A stretch of 64,000 bases of DNA from Octopus sinensis (GCF_006345805.1 NC_043004.1:51832001-51896000); one strand, 5' to 3'; shown: positions 23,740 through 37,555, counted from the stretch's first letter. Made by a program: numbers and translations. Notes: generated by a model not told the origin, from the letters alone.

Positions 23740-24050
23740 CTGAGCCTGACCAACCGGCTGAACAACAACAACCACCATCACAACTACTACTACTACTATC
23801 ACCACCACCACCACTACTACCACTATTACTACAAATTATCAAATAACACTCTACAGTTTCCTGAGCACAACTAACCTACATTTTCGCAACCACTGCAATA
23901 CCACCGTAGGGAATATCACAACCCTTACCACCACCACCACCACCACCACCATCTAGACTATCACAGCTGCTTACTCCACCACTACCACCATCACTGCTTC
24001 TACTTAAACTGTTGCAACTATTATAATACTGCTACCACCACCACCACCAC
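23740..24050. repeat. Low-complexity (ACC)/(ACT)/(AAC) trinucleotide tract
   Basis: Direct inspection. Confidence 0.85.
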
Positions 24051-24184
24051 GATGCTGTCTAAATTATCCCCTCTCTATCTAATCAATAGGTTTCAACTTA
24101 AAGAGATTATCTTACTTGACCCCTCTCTCAGATGACCCAACAATGCCAGTCACCACCATCAACACTAAAAACAAGGCACTGCTA

Positions 24185-24229
<45 letters not shown>

Positions 24230-24455
24230 AAATCACTAATAAACAAACACCAGGCAAACTATTTGGAAAGGAAATTGTGTATATGCGTGCATGTGTATTT
24301 CTAAGATTTTGTCAAAAGAATCCACCCACAGGAATAGCACAGAGTAAAGGGTGTGACTGAAAGCTAAAACAGAAACTCACACACAGACACGAACAAACAC
24401 ACTGTTATACATACACACACAAATAACACATTTTTGTGACAATATATTTTATATT

Positions 24456-24756
24456 ATCGTAAGCGGAAAGTGTAACATCTCGAAAGAGCTGTTCTTCACT
24501 CCTGCTCCAGAGTGTCGGCTGCGGGGTCACTCCGAAAAGTTCTATCTGCGATGATTTCATCTCAATCGAAGGAGAGGGGCTTTCTCTGTCCAGGTTGCGG
24601 ATCCATGGAATAAGCTGCCAACGACCGCTCAGTTCAAAGCCTCCCTTGACCACAAGTGGCCTGAACTCTTTACATGAACACAACCCTGTACATAACTCCA
24701 TGTCCCCCTACATGGCCTTGCTTTTTGCTTTTTGAGCCAAAAATTAACTAACTAAC
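24456..24756 (+). mobile_element. CR1 3' end, ~300 bp, same family as 14906
   Basis: AAGCGGAAAGTGTAAC ... GAGCCAAAAATTAACTAACTAAC. Confidence 0.93.
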
Positions 24757-24821
24757 ATTATGTGGAGTGGGAATTTATGCTGTGACAATGTGATATTTCC
24801 AAGTGCATACGTGCTTGTTTG

Positions 24822-24857
<36 letters not shown>

Positions 24858-25018
24858 ATGCATGCGTGCTCCTCTTTGTATGTCAATCATCATTCTTTTA
24901 ATGTCTACTTTTCCATGCTTGCATGGATCAGACCGAACTTATTGTGGTAGGTTTTTTGCAATCAGATAGATGTCCTTTTTGTCATGTATTGAACTCCTAA
25001 CGAACATATAACAAACAC

Positions 25019-25104
25019 TAGCTCAGTCGGTAGAGCATCAGACTTTTATGGGTCAACCTTAGAAGTAATCTGAGGGTCGCGGGTTCAAGTCCCTCTGCAG
25101 GGCG
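25019..25104 (+). tRNA. tRNA-Lys(UUU) with a 19-nt intron, lacking the 5' acceptor strand (probable pseudogene)
   Basis: A box TAGCTCAGTCGG, D arm, TCAGA-CT-TTT(25045-25047)-A, intron 25049-25067, A-TCTGA, B box GGTTCAAGTCC, 3' end GCAGGGCG, T6 terminator 25113-25118. The upstream 7 nt (CAAACAC) cannot pair with the 3' acceptor strand. Confidence 0.85.
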
Positions 25105-27297
25105 TAAGGTAATTTTTTAAGTAAAGAAATATATATTTGTTTAAGTAATTAGAAACCACCAATCACATGGCATGTATGAGTCTTATGTGGACTCGTCCAT
25201 TTTTTCTTATATATATTGCAATTAAAATAAAGAGGGTCACGGCTGATGTTGTTACTCTTTCTCATAGGTTCTGTTTGCTTTGCTTCTGCTACGGCAAGAC
25301 TGAAAATCGCAGTTTACAGCTATTTGATCTTTGTTCCTATACCTGTGCTTATGAAATGAGCAAATCACAAAACTTGACACCTGCAGTTGCCAACACTTAC
25401 TCACTTTCAAGCAAGGTAATATCTCCCTAGGGTCAGACATGCTGTTGCAGAATATTGGTTTCAAATTTTGGCACAAGGCCAGCAATTTCAGGGAAAGGGA
25501 GAAAGCCAATTACATTGACCCAAGTGCTTAACTGGTATTTATTTCATTGAACCCCAAAAGGATAAGAAGCAAAGTCAACCTTGACTGTCACTGAATTCAG
25601 AATGTAAAGATGAACAAAATGCTGCTAAACATGCTAACGTTTCTGCCAGTTTGTCGCCTTCATAATAATAATAATGATGATAACAATCTTTTCTGCTACA
25701 GGCACATGACCTGAATATTAGGGGAGGGGGATAATCGATTACATTGACCCCAGTCTTCAACTGGTACTTATTTTATCGACCCCGAATGGATGAATGGCAA
25801 AGTTGACTTCAGCAGAATTTGAACTCAGAATGTGAAGATGGACAAGATGTCGCTAAGCATTTGAATGCAATGGGCTAGAATAAATACTGCGAGGCATTTG
25901 GCCATAATAGTGTTGTAATATATGTGGTGAACGTACAACAAAACCAACTAAAATGTTTATAAAGTTGTCTAAGAAAGATAGGAGCAGTTGGAAGTATAAG
26001 ACAGAGTAATAAATATATATATATATATATACATACATACATATGTATGGCATTTTTCTTTTCCTGTTTTGGAAATTGTGAGCCAACATCAGTTGGTTCA
26101 CAGTTTCTGGGATGTCATCATCAACATCATTATTTTAATGTCCATCAGTCTTGCTATTTTTAGTATTTCCTTGATGATGGAACAAGGCTTTATGATAACC
26201 AAGAGTTCAAGCGTTAACACCAGCTAATACTGAAAGGCCTTTTAAGGAGAGGTGCTTGTCAACATCATTTCATGCTTTTAATTGGACATGAGATAAAACT
26301 CCACTTGAAGAGGCTGTAAAATTCCTCAGATGACGTGGAGTTTACACATCTTAACAGCGGAAGTAATGGAGAATAGTATGCGGATACTATTCTGAGATAC
26401 CTAAGTTAACAATATCACTGAGTAACTATTAATATAGAACAAAGAGCTATCTCCTTCTTTGGCTGCGAGTCATGGGTCGACATTGACTGTTTTTGTTTAG
26501 TAACCATCGCTGGTAGGATTACATGCTAGAAGGCCAGCTCTTGATCAGCAGCAGCAATGACCTCTGCTGCAGGTGAAACCACTTGGCACAATGGAGAAGT
26601 GATGCCTCTCGTGCTCTTTTGGTAATGCACCCACATCAATGGCAGACAGTAAAAGGGAGACTAAATTGCCTCTTCTATCCATAGACGAGGGTGGCACCTT
26701 GGACAGAGAGCTATACTACACAGTGGAATCTAGTTACAGCTACCTGAAAGTGTGCTGTTGAGAGCTATGATCATAACCAGTTAACACAGTAGAGTGAACA
26801 ATATCACTGCAGGACCTACATATAACTAGATAGACTGTATTGCTGACAGTTACATTCAACATCTACAGTAGAGCGAACTCTACCACATTATAGTACCTAG
26901 GTAAACTTGGCTTTGGACAGTAAAGTGGCTTTGTCACTTTTATAATACAGTAAACTCATGTGTGTGTGTGTGTGTATGTGTTCATTCTCTTTTTTAAATT
27001 TTGAGTGAATTTTGATTGACCAGCTGATTAGTAGCAAAGTTGTGAAGGAAAGCAGATTGTTTTAACCATCATCCTTTGGAGAATTTTTATAGTCCCTAAT
27101 ATCGTGATCATTTGTAGAGTATGAATTAAGGATTTGCATTCTCTCCTCCAGAGAATAAGCTCAGTCATGTTCCAGCATGTGTGTACCAGATTATTGTATG
27201 TATTACAACATGCTTCTTATTCTTTCTTGACTGCACCTTCTTTTTCATCTTAGCAGCCTAGTAATATGATTTGAGCCAAGAATATATATCTATAATA

Positions 27298-27690
27298 TGC
27301 ATGGAGTGGCTGTGTGGTAAGTAGCTTGTTTACCAACCACATGTTTCCGGGTTCAGTCCCACTGCGTGGAACCTTGGGCAAGTGTCTTTTACTATAGCCT
27401 CGGGCCGACCAAAGCCTTGTGAGTGGATTTGGTATATGGAAACTGAAAGAAGCCCGTCGTATATATGTATATATATGTGTGTGTGTGTTTGTCCCCCATA
27501 GCATTGCTTGACAACCGATGCTGGTGTGTTTATGTCCCCGTCACTTAGCGGTTCGGCAAAAGAGACCGATAGAATAAGTACTGGGCTTACAAAGAATAAG
27601 TCCCGGGGTTGAGTTGCTCTTGCTCGATTAAAGGCAGTGCTCCAGCATGGCCGCAGTCAAATGACTGAAACAAGTAAAAGAGTAAAGAGT
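27298..27690 (+). mobile_element. SINE family 1
   Basis: Head-to-tail match. Confidence 0.93.
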
Positions 27691-27937
27691 ATGTATATAT
27701 ACATATGTATGTATGTATGTATATTTGTACAAGTCTGTGTATGCATGTGTATGTATGTATACACACACAAATACATACATATATGTATATAACACACACA
27801 GATAATATAGCCACTCTTGATGGTACGGGCCTTACTCTGGATCAAGAATTCAGAGTTTATGCTCAAATCCTCATGAACACTGCAATGTGTTTTCTATATT
27901 GAGCACATTCTATTGTCTGTATACATATATATATATA

Positions 27938-28159
27938 TTTCTTTACTACCCACAAGGAGCTAAACACAGAGGGGACAAACAAGGACAGAAACGGATTAAG
28001 TCGATTACATCGACCCCAGTGCATAACTGGTACTTAATTTATCGACCCTGAAAGGATGAAAGGCAAAGTCGACCTTGGCGAAATTTGAACTTGGAACATA
28101 ACGACAGATGAAATACGGCAACGCATTTCGCCCGGCGCACTAACGTTTCTGCCAGCTCG

Positions 28160-28162
<3 letters not shown>
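27938..28162 (-). mobile_element. SINE family 3
   Basis: Full reverse-complement match, flanked by (TA)n. Confidence 0.92.
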
Positions 28163-28254
<92 letters not shown>

Positions 28255-29169
28255 GTGTGTGTGTGTGGTGTGTGCGTGTTTATGCGTCTGTGCATGTCTT
28301 TGTTTCTCTTTACACTTGTGCTCTACAAAAGTCACTTGTTAAGAATAGTGTGTGAAATAAGAAAAATAACCTTCACACGAAAAGCGAGTAAGAGGAAGGG
28401 CACTTGGTTGCAAAGCACTGTGTAACATGATTTTTGTCCTTGGGTAGCAACTGTTATTTCCTATTTGCTTACCCTTAGAAACTATGAAAAATGGCTAATA
28501 TTTCCTTCAACCCATGCTTTTGTTACATCTATTCAAACCCTTATGAATCCCTCTCAACACATGGCTATGATGCTCCACCACTACTCCTGCTCATGATCTG
28601 TTAGCCACTAAGGGACATGCCCAAGTGATTAAGGTCAAGCAACTGACAAGCAAATCTGTGGTATTGAGCTGAATATTTGCTACAACAATATTTCTGCTGC
28701 AGCAGTTCAGCGTTGAATCTGACTGAAATGTAATGGAAAATAGGTCAGTTTCAAGACATTGTTGTCGAAATCACTAAAGCTAAGTCTGAAGGGAATATTA
28801 GTCATTTCCTTTGATTTCTAGATAGAAGTAAATAGGAAATAACACTCACTGACCAAAGGAAAAACATTTTTTATTATAATTCTTACACAATGTAATATAT
28901 ACAATTTGCCCATACTAGTGTGAAAAGAAAAAGTAAAATGAACAAACAAGGCTTTTTAAATGAACATCATAAAGTCCACCATCAGTACCACCACACCAAA
29001 CATCCAAATGGTTTTTCCCTTGCATCAGAGCCACCACCAGCCACAGTGGCACTTCATTACTAAATGTGTCCATTGCCAAGGAACAATTACCAAAGTATAT
29101 GGAATGAAGAGATTATAAGAGCATGTTTTTTTGTGTTTGTCTGTGGTAAAGAAGTGTATACATATATTT

Positions 29170-29393
29170 CTTTACTACCCACAAGGAGCTAAACACAGAG
29201 GGGACAAACAAGGACAGATAAACGGATTAAGTCGATTACATCGACCCCAGTGCGTAACTGGTACTTAATTTATCGATCCTGAAAGGATGAAAGGCAAAGT
29301 CGACCTCGGCGGAATTTGAACTCGGAACGTAACGACAGATGAAATACGGCTACGCATTTCGCCCGGCGCGCTAACGTTTCTGCCAGCTTGCTG
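29170..29393 (-). mobile_element. SINE family 3
   Basis: Full reverse-complement match. Confidence 0.92.
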
Positions 29394-30736
29394 CCTATAC
29401 ATGTATACATATATTTAATGCTGCCCCACCACACCTTTTGCAAATAAATTAAGTTAAATGAGCATTGCTGCTGCAAACGACTACTATCCACAATTATCTC
29501 TCAATGAGTGGGGAGGTTCACAGTGTTCTCATTAAACATAGACTAATTATTTCAATTTATTAGGTTAAGTGGTCCACGTTATTATAATTGTTGGTGTTGT
29601 TTATCTTCAGGCAGCTCTGATCCACCATATTAGAGTCACCTGTGTGTGTTACTAGTTTTGTTTCTTTTAAATTCAAGTGTAGGCATGATTGTGTGGTTAA
29701 GAAGCTCAGTCGGCAAACACATGGTTTCAGGTTCAGTTTCACTGCACGGCACCTTGGGCAAGTGTCTTCTACTATAGCCCTGAGCCAACCCATAGTTTGC
29801 GAGTAAATTTAGTACAAAGAAACTGGGTGGGAGCATGTCCTTGTGTGTGTCCTCTCACCACCACCACCATTTGACAGCTGATGTTGGTTTGTTTACATCC
29901 CCATAAGTTAATGGTTCAGCAATTAGAGACCAATAGAATAAGAACCAAGTTTAAAATACTAGGATCAATTTGTTTGACTAAACCCTTCAAGACGGTGTCC
30001 CAGCATGGCTGTAGTCTAATGAGCGGAACAGGCAAAAAATAAAAGACAAAAATATCATCCAATGTGTGTATCCTTTTAAGAAACAGAAACCTTGACAAGC
30101 ACCATCCTAACAATCCTGGAGGGTTGTGACAAACCTAAGACATAAGTCCTTCTTTTCACAAGGTAGTAGGGTGTGATTTGAAGAGGCTTTGACTGCAAGA
30201 GGTAGCTGATCAAGCAACAGCATAGATCAGTGGTGGGAAATTCCTTGCTGACAAAATCTTTAAAAAAATTCTAAAGAAAAAAAAACAGTTTAACCCTTTT
30301 GGTGCCAACCCACCTGAGACCACTCCTGGTTTTACAATGCAATATTTGTATCTTAAAGTGATCTAAATTAAAAACTTCCATCAAAATTTCATATTAAGTT
30401 GTGTTCCAAACACCAGCTTCATACAAAGTTGTTTTACTAAATTCTTCATTATTTTCACAATTAAATGAAACAAAGACAATGAAATTCTATAGAAACAGGA
30501 CAACAAAAGGGATAAGCCTCAAGACCACAAGAGTAATAATGTAACATAAATCTACATACTTGCAAAATTGTAAAATTAAAAAGTTATTTCTCTCAGCATA
30601 GATGTAACCCAACAATTTCTTCTGCACAAGTAATTTGACTTCTTTTTTCTTTCATTTGTTTTAGTCATGTGACTGTGGCCATGCTGGAGCACCGCCAAAA
30701 AAAAAAAAAAAAAAGAACTTCACTCTTGGTATAGTG

Positions 30737-30969
30737 CAGAATTTCTCAACCAATTTTTTTCCCATGGACCCCTTTGTTTCCTATTTTACAATCCTATTGT
30801 ATTTTTATAATTAAATATTATTACGGCTTGTACAAAAATTATCAAAATATTTTGTGTATTGTGGACATATAACCAATTTATTGCACACAAACTTTACTGA
30901 AGCATAGTTTTTTTTGTTTTTTTCGTGGCCCCTGAAAAATTTTCATAGACCCCAGTTGGGAAACCCCTG
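30737..30969. mobile_element. hAT-type MITE
   Basis: CAGAATTTCTCAAC / GTTGGGAAACCCCTG ends; TSD GTATAGTG / GTATAATG (7 of 8). Confidence 0.8.
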
Positions 30970-31224
30970 GTATAATGGATCATTTTTACATTTCGGTTTA
31001 AGAAACACGTTAGATTTTCCCCAGATATAGCCTTGTGTCCTATCTGGATGGAGATACATCTTACTTCTTATGTGTTCTCAATTTAGATAGCAAAAATATT
31101 CAATATTGTTTTAGTTTATTGCACTCAAAAGGGATGGTCACTATTGCATCATAAAACAATGCTACTTGAACAAGACCATCATCCTATTCCGGTGGGGGAA
31201 ATGATTTATCACCCAACTAGTTAA

Positions 31225-31621
31225 TCTTTATATATAAAAGTGAGGTTGTGTGCTGTCTGTCTCCTACGATTTAGATTCCTAACTACTCCCACATTTTGTG
31301 GTGCAGTTTAACCAAAACCGGGTATCTTATAGTCGTGATTCATATCGAGCCCTTCTGAGTATTAGCGCGCGTCTACGATGAGTCAACGATTTAAAAAAAA
31401 AATTCACCATCAATTTTTCCCATTTTTAATGCATTTTTGGCATATATAAGGGAAGTAACTCTCTAAAAATTTATTATTAAATCTCAGAACGTAAAAAGCT
31501 ACAGTAACACCCCCTTTTTGTGGTTAGCCATATTGAGATGGCTATTATACTTTACATCTCTAAAAATGCTTATATAGTTATTTCCCTTACAAACCCGAGC
31601 AATGCCGGGCGATACTGCTAG
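31225..31621 (+). mobile_element. Non-autonomous Helitron, second copy
   Basis: A|TCTTTATATATAAAAG ... CCCGAGCAATGCCGGG-CGATACTG-CTAG|T. Confidence 0.9.
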
Positions 31622-31809
31622 TTTTTCATAAAACTGAAATTGAAGCAGTGAGTCTTCACTTGCGCCTCGGGAAGTCAGTAAAATCATCTATCATTCCAAG
31701 TGTGAGTGTTTCTCTGTTGGTGCAGGTGGGATTGATCTTCAATGTTGCAAATGTCATGCTCCTTTCATTTCTCATTCAGATAAACAAACTGATCATCAAC
31801 AAAAGAAGA

Positions 31810-32035
31810 CATCATCATCATCATCATTTAGTGTCCGCTTTCCATGCTAGCATGGGTTGGACGGTTCAACTGGGGTCTGTGAAGCCAGAAGGCTGCATCA
31901 GGCCCAGTCTGATCTGGCAGTGTTTCTACGGCTGGATGCCCTTCCTAACGCCAACCACTCCGTGAGTGTAGTGGGTGCTTTTTACGTGCCACCCGGAGCA
32001 GGCAAACGGCCACGGATGGAGGTGCTTTTTACGTG
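31810..32035 (-). mobile_element. RTE-tail element retaining two 3' UTR repeat cores
   Basis: GGTGCTTTTTACGTG occurs twice (about 31975 and 32021). Confidence 0.85.
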
Positions 32036-32908
32036 AACATAATTATATGAATTCAGCATGTTTACTGAGTCTTTTATGCCAGTCAACCAATAAGACAGTG
32101 TACGCTTGTGGAATCCTTTCAGGTCTCTTCACCGTAGCCCAGACACAGTAAAATCTCATTTTTCTGTCCAGTTGTCAATGGTGTTTGCTTTTTCTTCATC
32201 AGAAATAACAGTAACAAGCTCAATTACATGTAACAGACACATGCTTGGGAAAAAAAAGAAAAAAAAAAGAAGAAAGTCACAGATGAAATGAAGGCACCAT
32301 TGATTTAATGTACGATAAATCCTTCAGTGTGTCAGTCAATATTCATCATCACAGTCATTATAATCGTTTTAATGTTTATTTTTCCATGCTCACATGATGA
32401 GTTAGACAAAATTTGCTGAGGCAAATTTTCGAAAGCCAAATGCCCTCATAATCATTTCCAGATTTTCAACAGCTGGAAGCCCTCTTTGTTGTTCACAAAC
32501 CCTCGTCCGTTTCCAAATAAGGTAATATTTCCCCCCCATGACCAGACGTGTCTCAGAAGAATAGAAACAAAGGATACTGCTTGGATGACAGTGACACTCT
32601 TTTACCAAGGCCAGTAGACAATAACAAACAAGCACACCCACACATGGACATGTATTAAGGACTTTAAGTTTCCAGCAATCAAATACACTCATAGGGTTTT
32701 TATCAGCTCAGGGCTATAGTAAAAGACACTTGCCAAGGAGCTATGCGGTGGGACTGAAACTATGTGGTTAGGAAGTAAACTTCTTACCACACAGCCATGT
32801 CTGCACCTATGGTAGATCTCTCATATTCGACATCTATGTTTATAAACCATACCAACAGATCATACTCTATTGTATTTCTCACTAATCTCCACAAATCTTC
32901 CACACTCA

Positions 32909-33322
32909 TAGGCGCAGGAGTGGCTGTGTGGTAAGTAGCTTGCTAACCAACCACATGGTTGCGGGTTCAGTCCCACTGCGTGGCATCTTGGGCAAGTGTC
33001 TTCTGCTATAGCCCCGGGCCGACCAATGCCTTGTGAGTGGATTTGGTAGACGGAAACTGAAAGAAGCCTGTCGTATATATGTATACATATATATATGTGT
33101 GTGTGTGTTTGTGTGTCTGTGTTTGTCTCCCTAGCATTGCTTGACAACCGATGCTGGTGTGTTTACGTCCCCGTCACTTATCGGTTCGGCAAAAGAGACT
33201 GATAGAATAAGTACTGGGCTTACAAAGAATAAGTCCCGGGGTCGATTTGCTCGACTAAAGGCGGTGCTCCAGCATGGCTGCAGTCAAATAACTGAAACAA
33301 GTAAAAGAGAGTAAAGAGAGAG
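32909..33322 (+). mobile_element. SINE family 1, full length
   Basis: Head-to-tail match. Confidence 0.95.
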
Positions 33323-33335
33323 ACTCAAAACACAT

Positions 33336-33555
33336 TTCACCCTTTAGCATTCAGATTACTCAGCCAAATGTAATGCTTTTCTTTAATCACATTGTTTTGA
33401 ATTAATCATTCATTATCTCACAGCTTTGAAATTTCAATGATGTGATTGCACCTTTTTAGAACAACGTCGTAAGATACGTGTGAGAGCCTGGATCTGGCTG
33501 GTTTCAACATAAAATAGGTAAAATCTTTGGGCCGTTTTAATTGCTAAAGGGTTAA
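33336..33555 (+). mobile_element. piggyBac-like MITE, family B
   Basis: ..CCCTTTAGCA ... TGCTAAAGGG-TTAA. Confidence 0.82.
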
Positions 33556-33655
33556 AATTTATACTATCACATCAGTCTCCAACCACCCCAGACCTACCCT
33601 ATCTAACACTTATGTCTCATTACCATGAAGGTTCATAGTAAACATCCAATTCGAT

Positions 33656-34270
33656 CAGTGGTTCCCAACCAGAGTCCATATAAGATTTTGCTGTTGAAAA
33701 TTATGTGCAACAAATTGTTTATACTTCGACAATACACAAAATATTTTACACAAATTCTTTTTATACATTTCCTAATATTTCGGAGATGTACTTGCATAGC
33801 GAGTGATCTGATCTGAGATCGTGCGCTGGAACGAAAACAATTGCAACGTGGAAGGGAATTTTGTCAGTGAACAGGTCGCAGTCTCAAGCAACGAAAATAT
33901 TTTGACCAATTAAATTTAAATGTTGAAGTGAATCTAATAGTTTTCATGTTTCTTAAATGGCTTATAAACAATTGTTTCCTAATATTTCATTATAAAAATA
34001 AGATAGGTTTCTTAACACTTTAGTGTTCAGGTTATTCTTTCAAAGATCTTCAAGATTTCGAAGATCTGAATAATGTAGAATAACTTTGTAGAGTAGGTGG
34101 GAGAGCTTGGATCTGGTCAGTTTGAACATAAAACAGGTGAGATATTTTGGCTGGATATGACCAGTTTAAATGCTAAAGGGTTAACATCAAATGGTTAGGA
34201 GGGTCCATCTGAGTAAAATAGGAATCAGAAGGGTCCACAGATAAAAAAAAAAAATGGTTGAGAACCACTG
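33656..34270. mobile_element. hAT-type MITE with nested insertions
   Basis: CAGTGGTTCCCAACC / GGTTGAGAACCACTG; contains a partial family B piggyBac-like MITE ending at 34184. Confidence 0.7.
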
Positions 34271-35643
34271 CTTTAGATCATACTCAACTTCAACAAATCT
34301 TCCCTACACATCCAATAAATCATACATACATCATCAGATCTTTTGAGAAGACTTGTTTTAGACTTTCCCTCTCATCTATTTATTCATGATTAGTCCTTCC
34401 ACACTGAAGTGGACAGAGTAGTTCAGCTGATATAGACTACTGTCTCCACAGAAAGACACGGAGTTGGCATTCCGGACAAATTTCTGGGTAAGAAACATTG
34501 GGCCAAGTGTTTAGAACACAAAGTTTGAGAGTTGAGACACTGAAGGGACAAATGCATGTGGTAAGTTGGGTGCACAGCCCAGCTGGGGCAAAGGCAAAGT
34601 TGACCTTGGTAGGAGCTGAACTCTGAATGTAAAATGCTGGAAGAAATGCATTTTGTCTGATGTGCAAATGATTCTTCAAACATAAAATTGCCTTATATCT
34701 GAGAAAAGCATCAGATTCAACCAAATTTGTGTCACTGACATTCATAGAGGCAAGGTTTCTGCTTCATTGAAAGACCATCATCATCGTTATTGGTATTCAT
34801 ACATTATTTGTTACACTGCTACAACAACTACCACTATCATCAACAACACCACTGCCGCCGCCACCACCACCACTCATATGAAATTTGGTGGCTTGTAAAT
34901 AACATTATTTGCTTTATCTCTAATTAAACATACATGCAGTCAACAATCTTGATTACATATCAGAGAGAATTTGTGATGATACGTATTTGAAATATTTGAG
35001 AGAAACAGCTGTATATTTGTTTATATCAGTGTGTGTGTGTGTGAGTGTGTGTGTGTGTGTAAGTGTGTGCATGAGTGTTTGTGTGTAAGTATATATGTAT
35101 CTTAAAAAAATAGTACAATACATAGACTTAACCCTTTGGATACTAACCAGTATAAATAAGACTCTCAATTTCTTTGAAAGAAAACCTCGTTAAAAGATGT
35201 ATTCACATTTTAATTAAAAGTCTTCAGTAATCATTTTAAAAGACACTTTTGTTATGTTCCAAATACCAGCTTAAAAGCAAACAAGTTTGTTTACTAAATC
35301 AGTCCTAATTCTTGATTCATTTCCAAAAATAAAAAATAAAATTATTCAGACAATCCATTTCATTAGAAAAAGTCTGCCATGAGCCCTAAAAAGGGCTCAT
35401 GAGGTCAGAGCTTATCCAGATTTGTAAGGTATTTTTAGGCTGAAAGTACAAGACCCTGCTCCCTGAATAAGATGCTGCTCCAGGACACGATTACCTCCCA
35501 GTTGACTCTGGCACTAATTTTCAGTTAAGTGACTGAGTGGTTGGGGTAATGGGCTTGTGATTATAAGACTGATTTCGATTCCTGGACCAGCTAACACACT
35601 GTGTTCTTCAGCAAAACACTTCATTTCAGCAGGCAAAAATGAA

Positions 35644-35816
35644 TAGGCGCAGGAGTGGCTGTGTGGTAAGTAGCTTGCTTACCAACCACATGGTTCTGGG
35701 TTCAGTCCCACTGCGTGGCATCTTGGGCAAGTGTCTTCTGCTATAGCCCCAGGCCGACCAATGCCTTGTGAGTAGATTTGGTAGACGGAAACTGAAAGAA
35801 GCCCGTCGTATATATG

Positions 35817-35849
<33 letters not shown>

Positions 35850-36067
35850 ATATATGTTTGTGTGTCTGTGTTTGTCCCCTTAGCATTGCTTGACAACCGA
35901 TGCTGGTGTGTTTACGTCCCTGTCACTTAGTGGTTCGGCAAAAAAGACCGATAAAATAAGTACTGGGCTTCCAAAGAATAAGTCCCGGGGTCGAGTTGCT
36001 CGACTAAAGGCGGTGCTCTAGCATGGCCACAGTCAAATGACTGAAACAATAAAAAAGTAAAAAGTAA
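35644..36067 (+). mobile_element. SINE family 1, full length
   Basis: Head-to-tail match. Confidence 0.95.
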
Positions 36068-36789
36068 AATCCTGCGACGGACTGGCATCTCGTCCAGGTG
36101 AAGAATATATACACCATGAGAGTGGACCTTACGAGTCGGTATGACTTGAAAAAGTAACTTTTTTTTTTTTACTGGAGTAGTGTGTCTGGGGGGAAAGTAC
36201 TTTGTTCAATGGACACAACGTGCTACCTAGTCTGAGAATCAAAAACTCTGGATCTACAACAGTTGTGTACTCATCACCCTAACCACAAAGTCCTACCTGC
36301 ACTAGTTAATGGGTGAAAAGTAAAATAAGAACATTGAAAGAAGTATCTATAGAACTAGTTTCTAAACATAGAATGGTTATGGGGTTCTATTAGAATAAAA
36401 TAGTAATCAAAGGGGTCCATAGATTAATAAAATATTTTTTAGAATCACTGGTCTAGAAAGTGTAAGTCTAGTGGAGAAATTGAACTCATGTTTATTCATC
36501 TTGACCACTTGTAAGACTCAACACCACTCAGAGGCATATTTTCTAAGAAATTCTGATTTACACATTACTAAAAAGTAATGTGGGGGCCACACAAATTGTA
36601 ATATTTTAATGAAATCAAGATTTTAAACTTGCTAAATATCAGTTGAAGATGGAAGAATTATATGGACATAAGCTATTTCGTTTACTTATTAAAGAAGTGG
36701 GGGGACAAAACACTTCCTTAATATTTGCCAAGGTGGGCTGATACCTGTCATTCTGAGAACTATTGCTCTAAGATCACATTAAAGTACTT

Positions 36790-37017
36790 TTAACCCTTTC
36801 GTTACTGTATTTATTTTGAGATGCTCTGTGTTCCTTTCAATTACTTTAAATATAACAAAGAATTTAGTAAAATAACTTAGTTATCATTCAGCTAGTGTTA
36901 GGAACATTAATTGTAACTAAAGGTTTGGTGGAAGATTTCAATTCAAAACTTATGAAAACAAGACATTTGTACTCAGAGCCAGACCGGTTTCAGCCGGGTT
37001 AGTAATGAAAGGGTTAA
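36790..37017. mobile_element. piggyBac-like MITE, family A
   Basis: TTAA-CCCTTT ... AAAGGG-TTAA. Confidence 0.9.
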
Positions 37018-37329
37018 CATATCTGGGATAGTGCTGCGACTGCACATACTTTGCTGCCATAGAACTGCAGTACAGTATTGCTGATCAACAAACAATCTAG
37101 ATCCACATTGTTCCTCACATGTCTGGGATACTGCTAAATGCACAAGTACTAATCTCAACTTCAGAACTGCTCCCATACCTAGGACAGTTCTAGGATCTGA
37201 AACATCCTTGATCCACAAAACAGTACTGCTTTCATATCTGGACAGTGCAGTTAAATGCACAAACACAGATCTAAACTTCAGAGCTGCTCTAGGTTCTGAA
37301 ACATTGTAGATCCACAAACAGTATTGCTC

Positions 37330-37555
37330 TTAACCCTTTCGTTACTGTATTTATTTTGAGATGTTCTGTGTTTCTTTCAATCATTTTAAATATAACAAAG
37401 AATTTAGTAAAACAACTGTTATCATTCAGCTAGTGTTAGGAATGTAAATTGTGGCTAAGGTTTGGTGGAATATTTTAATTCAAAACTTATGAAAGTGGGA
37501 CATTTTACCATAGAGCCAGAGCCGGTTTTGGCCGGGTTAGTAACAAAAGGGTTAA
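37330..37555. mobile_element. piggyBac-like MITE, family A
   Basis: TTAA-CCCTTT ... AAAGGG-TTAA. Confidence 0.9.

Noticed and set aside
26165-26240. Possible C/D snoRNA (TTGATGA ... CTGA)
   Set aside because: Non-canonical C box, no terminal stem in the correct register, no convincing C'/D' boxes
26200-26900. GC-richer unique-looking block (similar blocks at 150-330 and 18040-18480)
   Set aside because: No open frame with consistent splice sites and no motif I can assign; probably decayed retroelement sequence, left uncalled
32107-32247. Minus-strand exon after a strong polypyrimidine tract (also a donor at about 39868 after AAAATGTCCAGTCCC)
   Set aside because: All three frames of the 32247 segment contain stops and the donor is poor; at most UTR exons, unsupported without transcripts
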